From positions 1 through 58,253 of IMG/VR virus record IMGVR_UViG_3300037510_000086: a stretch of DNA of 58,253 bases. One strand, written 5' to 3'. This document shows positions 1 through 8,577 of the stretch, in pieces (positions within the stretch are counted from its first letter, which is position 1; every line of letters begins with the position of its first letter). This stretch comes from a virus (Duplodnaviria > Caudoviricetes). A program made the position numbers and the translations under genes. The notes beneath the pieces were generated by a model. That model saw only the letters and a program-made list of their open reading frames with translations, was not told the DNA's origin and did no database searches.

Positions 1-105
1 CCTAAAAATATCCCCGGAGGGAGTTTTTCTGAGGCTTTTCAACCCCCAGCCGCCTCGATAGGCACTTCAAACCCATCCGGAACTCGTCGAAAGGAGTGTG
101 GAAGC

Positions 106-459
106 ATGGTGAATCACCAACGGGTGCAGACTCCTGGGCCGTCTCGGCGGACTGCTCCGGCCACCACACCCGAAGGTCGAGAGAACCAGTTGGTTTCGTT
201 GGCCCACGATCTCGTGGAACAGCGCCTCAGAGACGGTACGGCCTCGGCAACCGAGACGGTTCACTTCCTCAAGCTCGGTTCGACCCGCGAACGACTCGAA
301 CAGCAAAGGCTCGAAGCAGAAGTTCAGCTTCAGCTCGCCAAGGTTGAGTCGCTTGGGTCTCAAGCTCGCATGGAAGAGCTGACGACCATGGCGATCAATG
401 CTATGCGGTCGTATCAGAGCGGCGTCCCGCAAGAGATGCAGCAGGACTATGAGGATTAG
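106..459 (+). CDS. Conserved phage protein, possible terminase small subunit
   Basis: AAGGAG RBS upstream; 117-aa helical protein; first gene, ahead of HNH and terminase. Function inferred from position only. Confidence 0.55.
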   Translation: MVNHQRVQTPGPSRRTAPATTPEGRENQLVSLAHDLVEQRLRDGTASATETVHFLKLGSTRERLEQQRLEAEVQLQLAKVESLGSQARMEELTTMAINAMRSYQSGVPQEMQQDYED

Positions 460-859
460 GACCTACTCGGAACTCAGAAGGATCGAGGACTTCGAGGAAC
501 GCTTCAGGTACCTCGCTCTACAAGGCCAGGTAGGCCAAGCAACCTTCGGATTCGACCGATGGATGAATCAAGAGTTCTACAGGTCGACTGAGTGGCGAAG
601 GATTCGACACCACGTCATCGTCCGGGACAACGGGTGCGACATGGGTGTCGAAGGTTACGACATCCACGACTCGATCTACATCCATCACATGAATCCGATG
701 ACCGTTACCGACATCGAGGAAGGGGACCCCAGCATCCTGGACCCCGAGTTCTTGATCGCGGTGACTCTTCGAACTCACAACGCCATCCACTTCGGAGACG
801 AACGGCTTCTTCCTCGCCCGCTAGTCGAACGCAGGCCTGGCGACACGAAACTTTGGTAG
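449..859 (+). CDS. HNH endonuclease (packaging-associated type)
   Basis: RDNGCD...IYIHHMNP...HNAIH motif; ATG 449 overlaps the upstream gene end. Confidence 0.85.
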   Translation: MRIRTYSELRRIEDFEERFRYLALQGQVGQATFGFDRWMNQEFYRSTEWRRIRHHVIVRDNGCDMGVEGYDIHDSIYIHHMNPMTVTDIEEGDPSILDPEFLIAVTLRTHNAIHFGDERLLPRPLVERRPGDTKLW

Positions 860-872
860 GGAGGAGGAGCTC

Positions 873-1904
873 ATGGCATTCCCCGCAGGAACGCCGACCA
901 AGGTAGTCAACCTCACCGTCAAGAATGCGACGGGAGGATCGCCGGTAAGAGGCGGCATTCGGTTCGAACCCAGCGTTCCCGAGGTCGTCATTGACGGAAT
1001 CCCGGTCCGATGGACTGGTGGCGGTACTTACCGCTTCGATTCACAAGGTCGTCTGATGTCGAGCGATGGAGTGACGCCCGGCGTCGAGCTCCTCGACAAC
1101 TCGGCTTCTGCGAACCCACGCGATTGGTTGTGGAAGGCTTTCATAACCATCAACGGGAAGACCCGAGTCTGCTTCTTCACGCTCAAGGGATTTTCGAGCG
1201 GGTCGATCTTGGATCTCAACAGGCTCGTCGAGGTAAACCCTGACACCCCGAACTACGTACCCATGGTTGGTCCGAAGGGCGACCCCGGTCCTCAAGGTAT
1301 CCAAGGTGTTAAGGGTGATCAAGGACTCCAAGGTATCCAGGGAACCAAAGGAGACAAGGGCGATCAGGGTATCCAGGGAATCCAGGGAATCCAAGGAGAA
1401 CCAGGACCGAAGGGTGACCCAGGAGCTTCCGGCGGAACCGCCAAGACCGTCGAGGTCGTTATCATCGACGACGATCTCTCGGGTCTTCCTGATGCTCCGA
1501 CTTGGAGAGTCGTTCTCACGTCCGCGCCTTCTCCGCTCCAGGCTTCCATCACCGCGAACTCTGGCGACCGCATTGAAGTATTCGCAGACTTCCTCTACCT
1601 GGGTTCTCATTTCCTGGATTGGGTTCTGCTGAATTCCTCCGGGGGGATTGCTGTCTACGCTACTCGGAAGCTAACGACTCCTCCGGCAGAAGGCAGCCCT
1701 GGCCTCTATCCATCCTTGTCTCTTAGCAGACATCCGATGCCTCCGATGTTCGTCATAACATCTGACCACATCGGTCTTGACGGAAAGGTGACAATCGGGC
1801 TGGCGCATCAGGGAGGTGCTGCCGGATCTGCAAACCGTGTGTATGCACACCCGACGTACCCCTTCACCTTGCGTCTGAAGAACATCGGCCCTGAGCCTTC
1901 CTGA
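873..1904 (+). CDS. Collagen-like (G-X-Y repeat) virion or fibre protein
   Basis: GGAGGAG RBS; [25 protein letters not shown] repeat tract at ~1267-1425. Confidence 0.75.
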   Translation: MAFPAGTPTKVVNLTVKNATGGSPVRGGIRFEPSVPEVVIDGIPVRWTGGGTYRFDSQGRLMSSDGVTPGVELLDNSASANPRDWLWKAFITINGKTRVCFFTLKGFSSGSILDLNRLVEVNPDTPNYVPMVGPKGDPGPQGIQGVKGDQGLQGIQGTKGDKGDQGIQGIQGIQGEPGPKGDPGASGGTAKTVEVVIIDDDLSGLPDAPTWRVVLTSAPSPLQASITANSGDRIEVFADFLYLGSHFLDWVLLNSSGGIAVYATRKLTTPPAEGSPGLYPSLSLSRHPMPPMFVITSDHIGLDGKVTIGLAHQGGAAGSANRVYAHPTYPFTLRLKNIGPEPS

Positions 1905-1931
1905 TTCATCGTCCTGTTAGGAGTAACCCGC

Positions 1932-2786
1932 ATGGGAACCATTCATTACGACGAGAACGTCGCCGACTTCATCGCTGCCCTCAGCAAGACCGGCCACGTC
2001 ACGCACACGCAGTACAAGAAGACCTCGGTCACGTTCCACCACAACGGCGGAAACCTGACCCACGCCGGTGTCCTCGCCGTCTGGCGTACCCGACCGGCTT
2101 CGGCTCACTTCGACGTCGACGCCCAGGGCCGAGTTGCCCAGTACGTCCACGTCAAGGAGTACGCCTGGGCTGTCGGCAACCGGGGCGGAAACGAATCCAC
2201 CATTTCCATCGAGATGGCGGACAAGACCTTCGCGCCCAAGTGGGAGGTCGCCGAGGAGACGTGGAAGTCGGCGGCTCGTCTGGCGGGCTGGCTGTTCGCG
2301 CACGAGATCAAGGCCAACCCCACCAAGAACAACGTCCACTACCACCACGACTGGTCGGCCACCGCGTGCCCCGGCCCGTACATGGACTCGATCCGCGCCG
2401 AGCTGCTGGCCGAGATCCAGAAGTGGTACGCACACTTCACCGAGAACCCCTCCTCCCCGCACCCCACCACCCCGGAACCGCCGAAGAAGTCCTACGCCGA
2501 AGTGGCCCGCGATGTGATCGCCGGTGACTACGGCAACGACCCCGGTCGGTCGAAGAAGCTGAAGGCGGAGGGTTACGACCCGGAGGCTGTCCAGGCCGAG
2601 GTCAACCGTCTCCTGAAGAAGGGGACCGGCACGACCAAGAAGCCCGCGCCGAAGAAGTCCGTCACCCAGCTGGCCGAGGAGGTCATCGACGGGAAGTGGG
2701 GCAACGGCGACGAGCGTCGGCGCAAGCTCACAGCTGCGGGCTACGACTACAACGCCGTCCAGCGCGAGGTCAACAAGCGCGTCTGA
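1932..2786 (+). CDS. Endolysin: N-acetylmuramoyl-L-alanine amidase plus two CW_7 (Cpl-7) cell-wall-binding repeats
   Basis: TFHHN, SAHFDV, AWAVG, SIEM, HHDW-SATACPG amidase motifs; two VIxGx[YW]GN...R...L...GYD...VQxEVN repeats. Confidence 0.9.
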   Translation: MGTIHYDENVADFIAALSKTGHVTHTQYKKTSVTFHHNGGNLTHAGVLAVWRTRPASAHFDVDAQGRVAQYVHVKEYAWAVGNRGGNESTISIEMADKTFAPKWEVAEETWKSAARLAGWLFAHEIKANPTKNNVHYHHDWSATACPGPYMDSIRAELLAEIQKWYAHFTENPSSPHPTTPEPPKKSYAEVARDVIAGDYGNDPGRSKKLKAEGYDPEAVQAEVNRLLKKGTGTTKKPAPKKSVTQLAEEVIDGKWGNGDERRRKLTAAGYDYNAVQREVNKRV

Positions 2787-2818
2787 TCGGCCGCCATATC
2801 TGAAGGGAGGTTTCCCAC

Positions 2819-3208
2819 GTGGCAGACAGCATACTCAACAGCATCAAGAAGATCGTCGGACTTGTCGAGAGTGACACCAGTTTCGACACCGACATCATCA
2901 TGCACGCGAACACCGTCTTCTCCGTTCTCAATCAGTTGGGGATCGGACCTACCGACGGTTTCATGATCGAGGATTCCGCCCCCACGTGGGACGACTTCCT
3001 CGCTGGTGACAACCGACTGAACATGGTCAAGACGTATATCTACCTGAGGGTACGTCTCCTGTTCGACCCGCCGAGTACGTCCTTCGTCATCGAGTCTCTC
3101 AACGAGCAGATCAAGGAACTCGAAGTGCGGATGAGCATCGTGAGGGAGGGAGACGCATGGGTCGACCCCATGGCACAGCCGGTCGTTTCGTCGACGATCT
3201 GGGGCTGA
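2819..3208 (+). CDS. Probable head-to-tail adaptor
   Basis: GGGAGG RBS; SILNSIKK...VKTYIYLRVRLLFDPP resembles connector proteins of this phage group (recalled). Confidence 0.55.
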   Translation: MADSILNSIKKIVGLVESDTSFDTDIIMHANTVFSVLNQLGIGPTDGFMIEDSAPTWDDFLAGDNRLNMVKTYIYLRVRLLFDPPSTSFVIESLNEQIKELEVRMSIVREGDAWVDPMAQPVVSSTIWG

Positions 3209-4101
3209 GGCACGCCGCCGGAAAGTCGATGATCGTTGTCGCTCTCCCCGCCGAGGACGACCCAGTTCAGAAGGTCTCCAGCGAGAAGGTTCCTCATCTC
3301 ACTCTCCTGTATCTGGGTGATCCGGGGTACGACCAGACACAGATCGACCTCGTCGCTGGATTCGTTGAGCACGCCGCCTCTCTTATTTCTCAGTTCAGTC
3401 TCGACGTAGAGAGTCGAGGGGTTCTGGGCGATCAGAATGCCGATGTATTGTTCTTTGACATGACCTGGGCAAAGCCGATTCAGGTTTTCCGGGATCAGCT
3501 GTTGATGAATGATCTCGTCAAGACGGCATTCCTATCGACGGATCAGTTCCCTCAGTGGGCGCCTCACCTGACGCTGGGTTATCCCACATCTCCGGCGAAG
3601 AAGGTACCGTACGACGCCAAGTACGCAACCGTTAACTTCGACCGGATCGCTCTGTGGACCGGCGACTATTCGGGACCCACGTTCCAGCTTAAGCGGCCGT
3701 CGTTCGGCCCGGAGGTAGCAATGTCTCAGATAGAGAGAGGCCGCGCCTTCGTCGAAGGTATGCCTGAACTCGCTCACTACGGCGTCAAGGGGATGAAGTG
3801 GGGGCGTAGGAAAGACAAGCCCGCGCCTCATCCGGCATCCGAGGACCACGTCCGGAAGATGAACACCAAGCATCAGATCCAGACGAGTGGTGTGAAGTCC
3901 CTCAGTAACCAGGAACTCCGGAACTTTCTGGAGCGTGTCGATCTCGAACAGAGGTACTCGAAGATCCCGAAGAAGAAGACTGCGTCTTCCGAAGCGGCCA
4001 AGATCATCAAGGACGTTCTGATCAACGTCGGCAAGCAGGAAGCGACGAAGATCATCGCCAAGCAGGTCGGTAAGACCGTTCTGAAGGTCGGTCTAGGGTA
4101 G
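3157..4101 (+). CDS. 2H phosphoesterase domain fused to a C-terminal HYGVKGMKWG-tag domain; in-frame internal start at 3721
   Basis: Two HxT motifs (PHLTLLYLG, PHLTLGY); LAHYGVKGMKWG at 3769-3804; GGAGGT RBS at 3711-3716 before ATG 3721. Confidence 0.8.
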   Translation: MGRPHGTAGRFVDDLGLRHAAGKSMIVVALPAEDDPVQKVSSEKVPHLTLLYLGDPGYDQTQIDLVAGFVEHAASLISQFSLDVESRGVLGDQNADVLFFDMTWAKPIQVFRDQLLMNDLVKTAFLSTDQFPQWAPHLTLGYPTSPAKKVPYDAKYATVNFDRIALWTGDYSGPTFQLKRPSFGPEVAMSQIERGRAFVEGMPELAHYGVKGMKWGRRKDKPAPHPASEDHVRKMNTKHQIQTSGVKSLSNQELRNFLERVDLEQRYSKIPKKKTASSEAAKIIKDVLINVGKQEATKIIAKQVGKTVLKVGLG

Positions 4102-4115
4102 AAGGAGGGTAGACG

Positions 4116-5858
4116 ATGACCCTGTCGAACACGGCAACGCCGAAGTACTATGGCGAATTCCGTGATGCCGTTATTCGCGGCGAGATTCCCGTTAATCGGG
4201 AGGTCTCACTTGAGATGAACCGGATCGACTCGCTCATCGCCAACCCGAATTACTACTACGACGATGGGCCGGTAGAAGGTTTCATCCTCTACTGCGAGAA
4301 CGAGCTCACTCTCACCGACGGAGCAGATCTTCACCTACTGCCAGCCTTCAAGCTCTGGGCTGAGCAGATATTTGGGTGGTATTACTTCGTCGACCGGAGC
4401 GTCTACGAGCCGAGTCCTGACAATCACGGTGGTAAGTACGTCACAAAGACGATCAGGAAGCGACTGACGACAAAGCAGTACCTCATTGTTGCGCGAGGTG
4501 CCGCCAAGTCGATGTACGCCGAGTGCATCCAGAGTTATTTCCTGAACGTCGACACGTCGACGACGCATCAGATCACTACGGCCCCCACTATGAAGCAGGC
4601 CGACGAGGTCATGTCGCCGTTTCGTACCGCGATCACTCGTAGCCGAGGCCCCCTATTCAAGTTCTTGACTGAGGGATCTCTTCAGAACACAACAGGATCG
4701 AAAGCAAACCGTGTCAAGCTCGCGTCCACCAAGAAGGGCATCGAGAATTTCTTGACAGGTTCATTGCTAGAGGTCAGGCCTATGTCGATCAACAAGCTCC
4801 AGGGTCTCCGACCCAAGATCTCAACGGTCGATGAGTGGCTTTCCGGCGATATTCGTGAGGACGTCGTCGGCGCCATCGAACAGGGTGCTTCGAAACTGGA
4901 CGACTACCTGATCGTCTCCATCTCCTCCGAGGGAACTGTTCGAAACGGTAGTGGTGACACCATCAAGATGGAGCTCGCGTCCATTCTCAAAGGTGAATAC
5001 CAAGCTCCTCACGTTTCGATCTGGCATTACAAGTTGGACGAGCTTGAGGAAGTCGCCAATCCGGCGATGTGGCCGAAGGCGAACCCCAACCTCGGGAAGA
5101 CGGTTACGTATGAAACCTACCAACTCGAAGTTGAACGAGCCGAGAAGGCCCCAGCGTCTCGCAACGATATTCTGGCGAAGCGCTTCGGAATCCCGATGGA
5201 GGGTTACACGTACTTCTTCACTTACGAGGAGACATTGCCTCATGGTCATCAGGAGTTCTGGCAAATGCCTTGTGCTCTTGGCGCCGACCTTTCCCAGGGC
5301 GATGACTTCTGTGCCTTCACATTCCTCTTTCCATTGCGTGAAGGCTTTGGCATAAAGACTCGAAGCTACATCACGTCACTGACGTTGATGAAGTTGCCAG
5401 CAGCAATGCGGCAGAAGTACGACGAGTTCATTAACGAAGGCAGCTTGCACGTGCTTGAGGGCACCGTCCTCGACATGATGCAAGTCTATGATGACCTGGA
5501 CTCCTTCATCCAGAGTCAAGAGTATGACGTGCGCGCACTTGGGTACGACCCCTACAACGCTAAGGAGTTCGTAAACCGCTGGGAGGCGGAGAACGGTCCG
5601 TTCGGCATTGAGAAGGTAATCCAGGGAGCCAAGACAGAATCGGTCCCGCTTGGGGAACTCAAGATTCTGAGTGAACAACGACTACTTGCCTTTGATCAGA
5701 CACTCATGACCTTTGCCATGGGTAATTCCATCACCATGGAGGACACGAACGGCAACCGGAAGCTCCTGAAGAAGCGACAAGACGCGAAGATCGACAACGT
5801 CGCCGCCCTGATGGATGCCTACGTCGCATACAAGGCAAACAAGGAGGCCTTCGAGTGA
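4116..5858 (+). CDS. terL: Terminase large subunit
   Basis: VARGAAKS Walker A-like motif, TVDE Walker B, GADLSQGDDF nuclease motif, KIDNVAALMDA C-terminus. Confidence 0.93.
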   Translation: MTLSNTATPKYYGEFRDAVIRGEIPVNREVSLEMNRIDSLIANPNYYYDDGPVEGFILYCENELTLTDGADLHLLPAFKLWAEQIFGWYYFVDRSVYEPSPDNHGGKYVTKTIRKRLTTKQYLIVARGAAKSMYAECIQSYFLNVDTSTTHQITTAPTMKQADEVMSPFRTAITRSRGPLFKFLTEGSLQNTTGSKANRVKLASTKKGIENFLTGSLLEVRPMSINKLQGLRPKISTVDEWLSGDIREDVVGAIEQGASKLDDYLIVSISSEGTVRNGSGDTIKMELASILKGEYQAPHVSIWHYKLDELEEVANPAMWPKANPNLGKTVTYETYQLEVERAEKAPASRNDILAKRFGIPMEGYTYFFTYEETLPHGHQEFWQMPCALGADLSQGDDFCAFTFLFPLREGFGIKTRSYITSLTLMKLPAAMRQKYDEFINEGSLHVLEGTVLDMMQVYDDLDSFIQSQEYDVRALGYDPYNAKEFVNRWEAENGPFGIEKVIQGAKTESVPLGELKILSEQRLLAFDQTLMTFAMGNSITMEDTNGNRKLLKKRQDAKIDNVAALMDAYVAYKANKEAFE

Positions 5859-6646
5859 CAGAAGATGACTTCAATCTCGAAGACGAATACGGAGGGCTTC
5901 TCGATCTCATAGAGGAGAACATCTCAGGACTTCGCGGCACGTCTCTCGAACACCACGGTGTAAAAGGAATGAAGTGGGGCGTCCGCAAGGACCGAACCAA
6001 GTCCGCCAGAGAACCCCTCAAGTCTTTGGGGCCGGATTCTGTCTCTCGAAAGACTGCTTCCGGCGAGACGATCACGCTTCAGAAGGTGAAGCCGAACCAG
6101 TTGTCGAAGTTCCTCGGGAGGATGAGCAAGAAGTACCGAGAAGGGTACTCCAAGCAAGCTCAACTGGACATTCTCGACGGTCAGGGGAAGAAGGTCGGAG
6201 ACGCCAACGTCGAGAAGAAGAACAACGACGAGCTTTATCTGAACTGGCTAGGTATCGACAAGTCCGCCAGAGGCAAGGGTTACGCTACTGCTGTCATGCA
6301 GGCTGGCAGGGACTTCGGGAAGCAACAGGGTTTCAAGAGAATGACTCTGGAAGTTCCCGGAAACTCCCCCGATGCCCGCCATATCTACGAGAAGCTCGGA
6401 TTCAAGGTAGTCAAGGAAGGAAACCCCGCAGAAGATCCTATCTGGGGTGGTCTGACTGACATGGTCTACGAATTCGATGCGGCTCATTCGCTGATTCGCC
6501 ATGCCGACGGCAGGGTCATGTTTCCGCGTAAGATCGGCGTCGACAAGTTGATCATCGACAAGGGCAAACAACTCTACAGCGGAATCAAGGACCCCGAAGC
6601 TGTGAAGAGGTCCCAAAGCCTCCTTCGTCACATGGGCCTCGGCTAG
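5855..6646 (+). CDS. GNAT acetyltransferase with N-terminal HHGVKGMKWG tag
   Basis: LEHHGVKGMKWG at 5945-5980; LGIDKSARGKGYA (motif A) and N...ARHIYEKLGF (motif B). Confidence 0.85.
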   Translation: MTEDDFNLEDEYGGLLDLIEENISGLRGTSLEHHGVKGMKWGVRKDRTKSAREPLKSLGPDSVSRKTASGETITLQKVKPNQLSKFLGRMSKKYREGYSKQAQLDILDGQGKKVGDANVEKKNNDELYLNWLGIDKSARGKGYATAVMQAGRDFGKQQGFKRMTLEVPGNSPDARHIYEKLGFKVVKEGNPAEDPIWGGLTDMVYEFDAAHSLIRHADGRVMFPRKIGVDKLIIDKGKQLYSGIKDPEAVKRSQSLLRHMGLG

Positions 6647-6678
6647 CGTCGAGCATATTCGCAGAGAGGAGGTGACAC

Positions 6679-8037
6679 ATGGCAAGCTTGCTTACACGTA
6701 TGAAGGAGGGTTTGAAACACGGCTGGAATCTCTTCACAGATCCCAGCTACGTTGAGGGACTTCAGTCTGGGTACGGTTGGGGGTATTCGAGTCCCTCGGG
6801 CCGAAGCCGCCCGCGCTTCTCGAACGAACGATCCATCATCTCGTCGATCTACACTCGCTTGGCGATCGATGTTGCTGCTATCGATATCCGGCACGTTCAG
6901 CTGGACAATGACGGTCGCTACCTCAACGACCGGGTCAGTGGTCTTCAGGACTGTCTGACTGTGGAGGCGAACCTCGATCAAGGGGCTCGGCAGTTCCGTC
7001 AGGACATTGCCCAGACCATATTCGAGGAAGGAGTCGTTGCCGTAGTACCGGTTGAGGCCGACATGAATCCGGCCGTTTCCGGTAGCTACACCATCGACAG
7101 CATGCGAGTCGGGCGGATCGTAGAGTGGTTCCCTCAGCACGTTCGAGTCAGTCTCTACGACGAACGAGACGGTAACCGGAAGGATATTACCGTTCCCAAG
7201 TCGACGACCGCGATCGTCGAGAATCCGCTCTATGCGGTGATGAACGAACCGAACTCGACTCTTCAGCGCCTCATCCGGAAGCTCTCGATGCTCGACTCCG
7301 TCGACGAGCAAACGAGTTCCGGAAAACTGGACATGATCATCCAGCTTCCCTACGTGATCAAGTCTGAAGCCCGAAGGCAGCAAGCGGAACAGCGTCGTAA
7401 GGACATCGAGTTCCAGCTGAAGGGTAGTCAGTACGGTATCGCCTATACGGACGGCACCGAGAAGATCACCCAGCTCAACCGACCGGCTGAGAACAATCTG
7501 CTCTCGCAGATCGAGTACCTCACGAAGGAGCTCTACGCTCAGCTTGGTCTGACGGCTGAAGTAATGAACGGCACGGCCGATGAAAAGGCCATGTTGAACT
7601 ACTTCAACCGTACGATCGAGCCTGTCATTCAGGCGATAGCCGAGTCCATGAAGCGCACCTTCCTGACGAAGACTGCTCGGACTCAAGGTCAGTCGATCAT
7701 GTACTTCCGCGACCCCTTCAAGCTCGTTCCGATGGAGACAATCGCGGAGATCGCTGACAAGTTCACCCGCAACGAGATCGCTTCTTCCAACGATATTCGC
7801 CAGGCTATCGGCTGGCGTCCCTCGAAGGACCCGAAGGCCGATCAGCTTGTGAACAGCAACATGCCCCAGGCCGGAACGCCGAGCGATGTCGGTTCGGCCA
7901 ATGCACCGCCGGGCAATGGCACCGATCCCACTTCCGACCCGTCGGCTGGTGGTGACGCCGCAATTCAGAGTGGAATTGATGGCATGAACAGCGTCATCGA
8001 TCAGATCTACTCGACCCTCGGGATTACCGATGGATGA
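6679..8037 (+). CDS. Portal protein
   Basis: GAGGAGG RBS; 452 aa; lies between terminase and capsid; HK97-type portal features. Confidence 0.85.
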   Translation: MASLLTRMKEGLKHGWNLFTDPSYVEGLQSGYGWGYSSPSGRSRPRFSNERSIISSIYTRLAIDVAAIDIRHVQLDNDGRYLNDRVSGLQDCLTVEANLDQGARQFRQDIAQTIFEEGVVAVVPVEADMNPAVSGSYTIDSMRVGRIVEWFPQHVRVSLYDERDGNRKDITVPKSTTAIVENPLYAVMNEPNSTLQRLIRKLSMLDSVDEQTSSGKLDMIIQLPYVIKSEARRQQAEQRRKDIEFQLKGSQYGIAYTDGTEKITQLNRPAENNLLSQIEYLTKELYAQLGLTAEVMNGTADEKAMLNYFNRTIEPVIQAIAESMKRTFLTKTARTQGQSIMYFRDPFKLVPMETIAEIADKFTRNEIASSNDIRQAIGWRPSKDPKADQLVNSNMPQAGTPSDVGSANAPPGNGTDPTSDPSAGGDAAIQSGIDGMNSVIDQIYSTLGITDG

Positions 8038-8560
8038 GGAATCCCTTTCGCATGCGTACGACGCGGCCAAGCGCCGGGAGTACTATCTGAGGACTCGTAA
8101 GCTGAAGGGCCGCCAACATGGTTCTGATCAGACGAAACATCCTCGGGTAAAGTCGAAAGCGGAGATCGCGAAGGAACGGCACGCCAAGCTTGAAGACCAA
8201 ATGCTGACTCTCAAGGGTCGGTTGGAACGTCTTCAGGAGGCACTGAAGATCCTGGTCGAACAGGCCAAGAAACGCAGTGGCGTTAAGCCGACCAAACAAG
8301 CCTCCGCTAAGAAGGCTCCCGCTTCTCAGCAGAAAGCCGACGCCAAGCCTCAGAAGCTGACCACAGCTCAGAAGAGGGCGAAGGCAGAAGCCGAGAAGAA
8401 AGCTCGTCGCGCTCAAGCCATCAAGGACGGCACGGCGACCAACGGAGACCTTTCAGCCGAGGTCAAGTCTCTCAACGAGAGAATCAAGACCATCCAAGCG
8501 AGGATCGAGAAGATGCACAAGAGCGGCGCCCTCGGATCTCGGACCACAACGAAGAAGTAG
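8030..8560 (+). CDS. Basic coiled-coil head-region protein
   Basis: K/R-rich with heptad pattern; begins MDEESLSH-AYDAAKRREYY. Confidence 0.7.
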   Translation: MDEESLSHAYDAAKRREYYLRTRKLKGRQHGSDQTKHPRVKSKAEIAKERHAKLEDQMLTLKGRLERLQEALKILVEQAKKRSGVKPTKQASAKKAPASQQKADAKPQKLTTAQKRAKAEAEKKARRAQAIKDGTATNGDLSAEVKSLNERIKTIQARIEKMHKSGALGSRTTTKK

Positions 8561-8577
8561 GAAGGAGCGCAGTCAAA

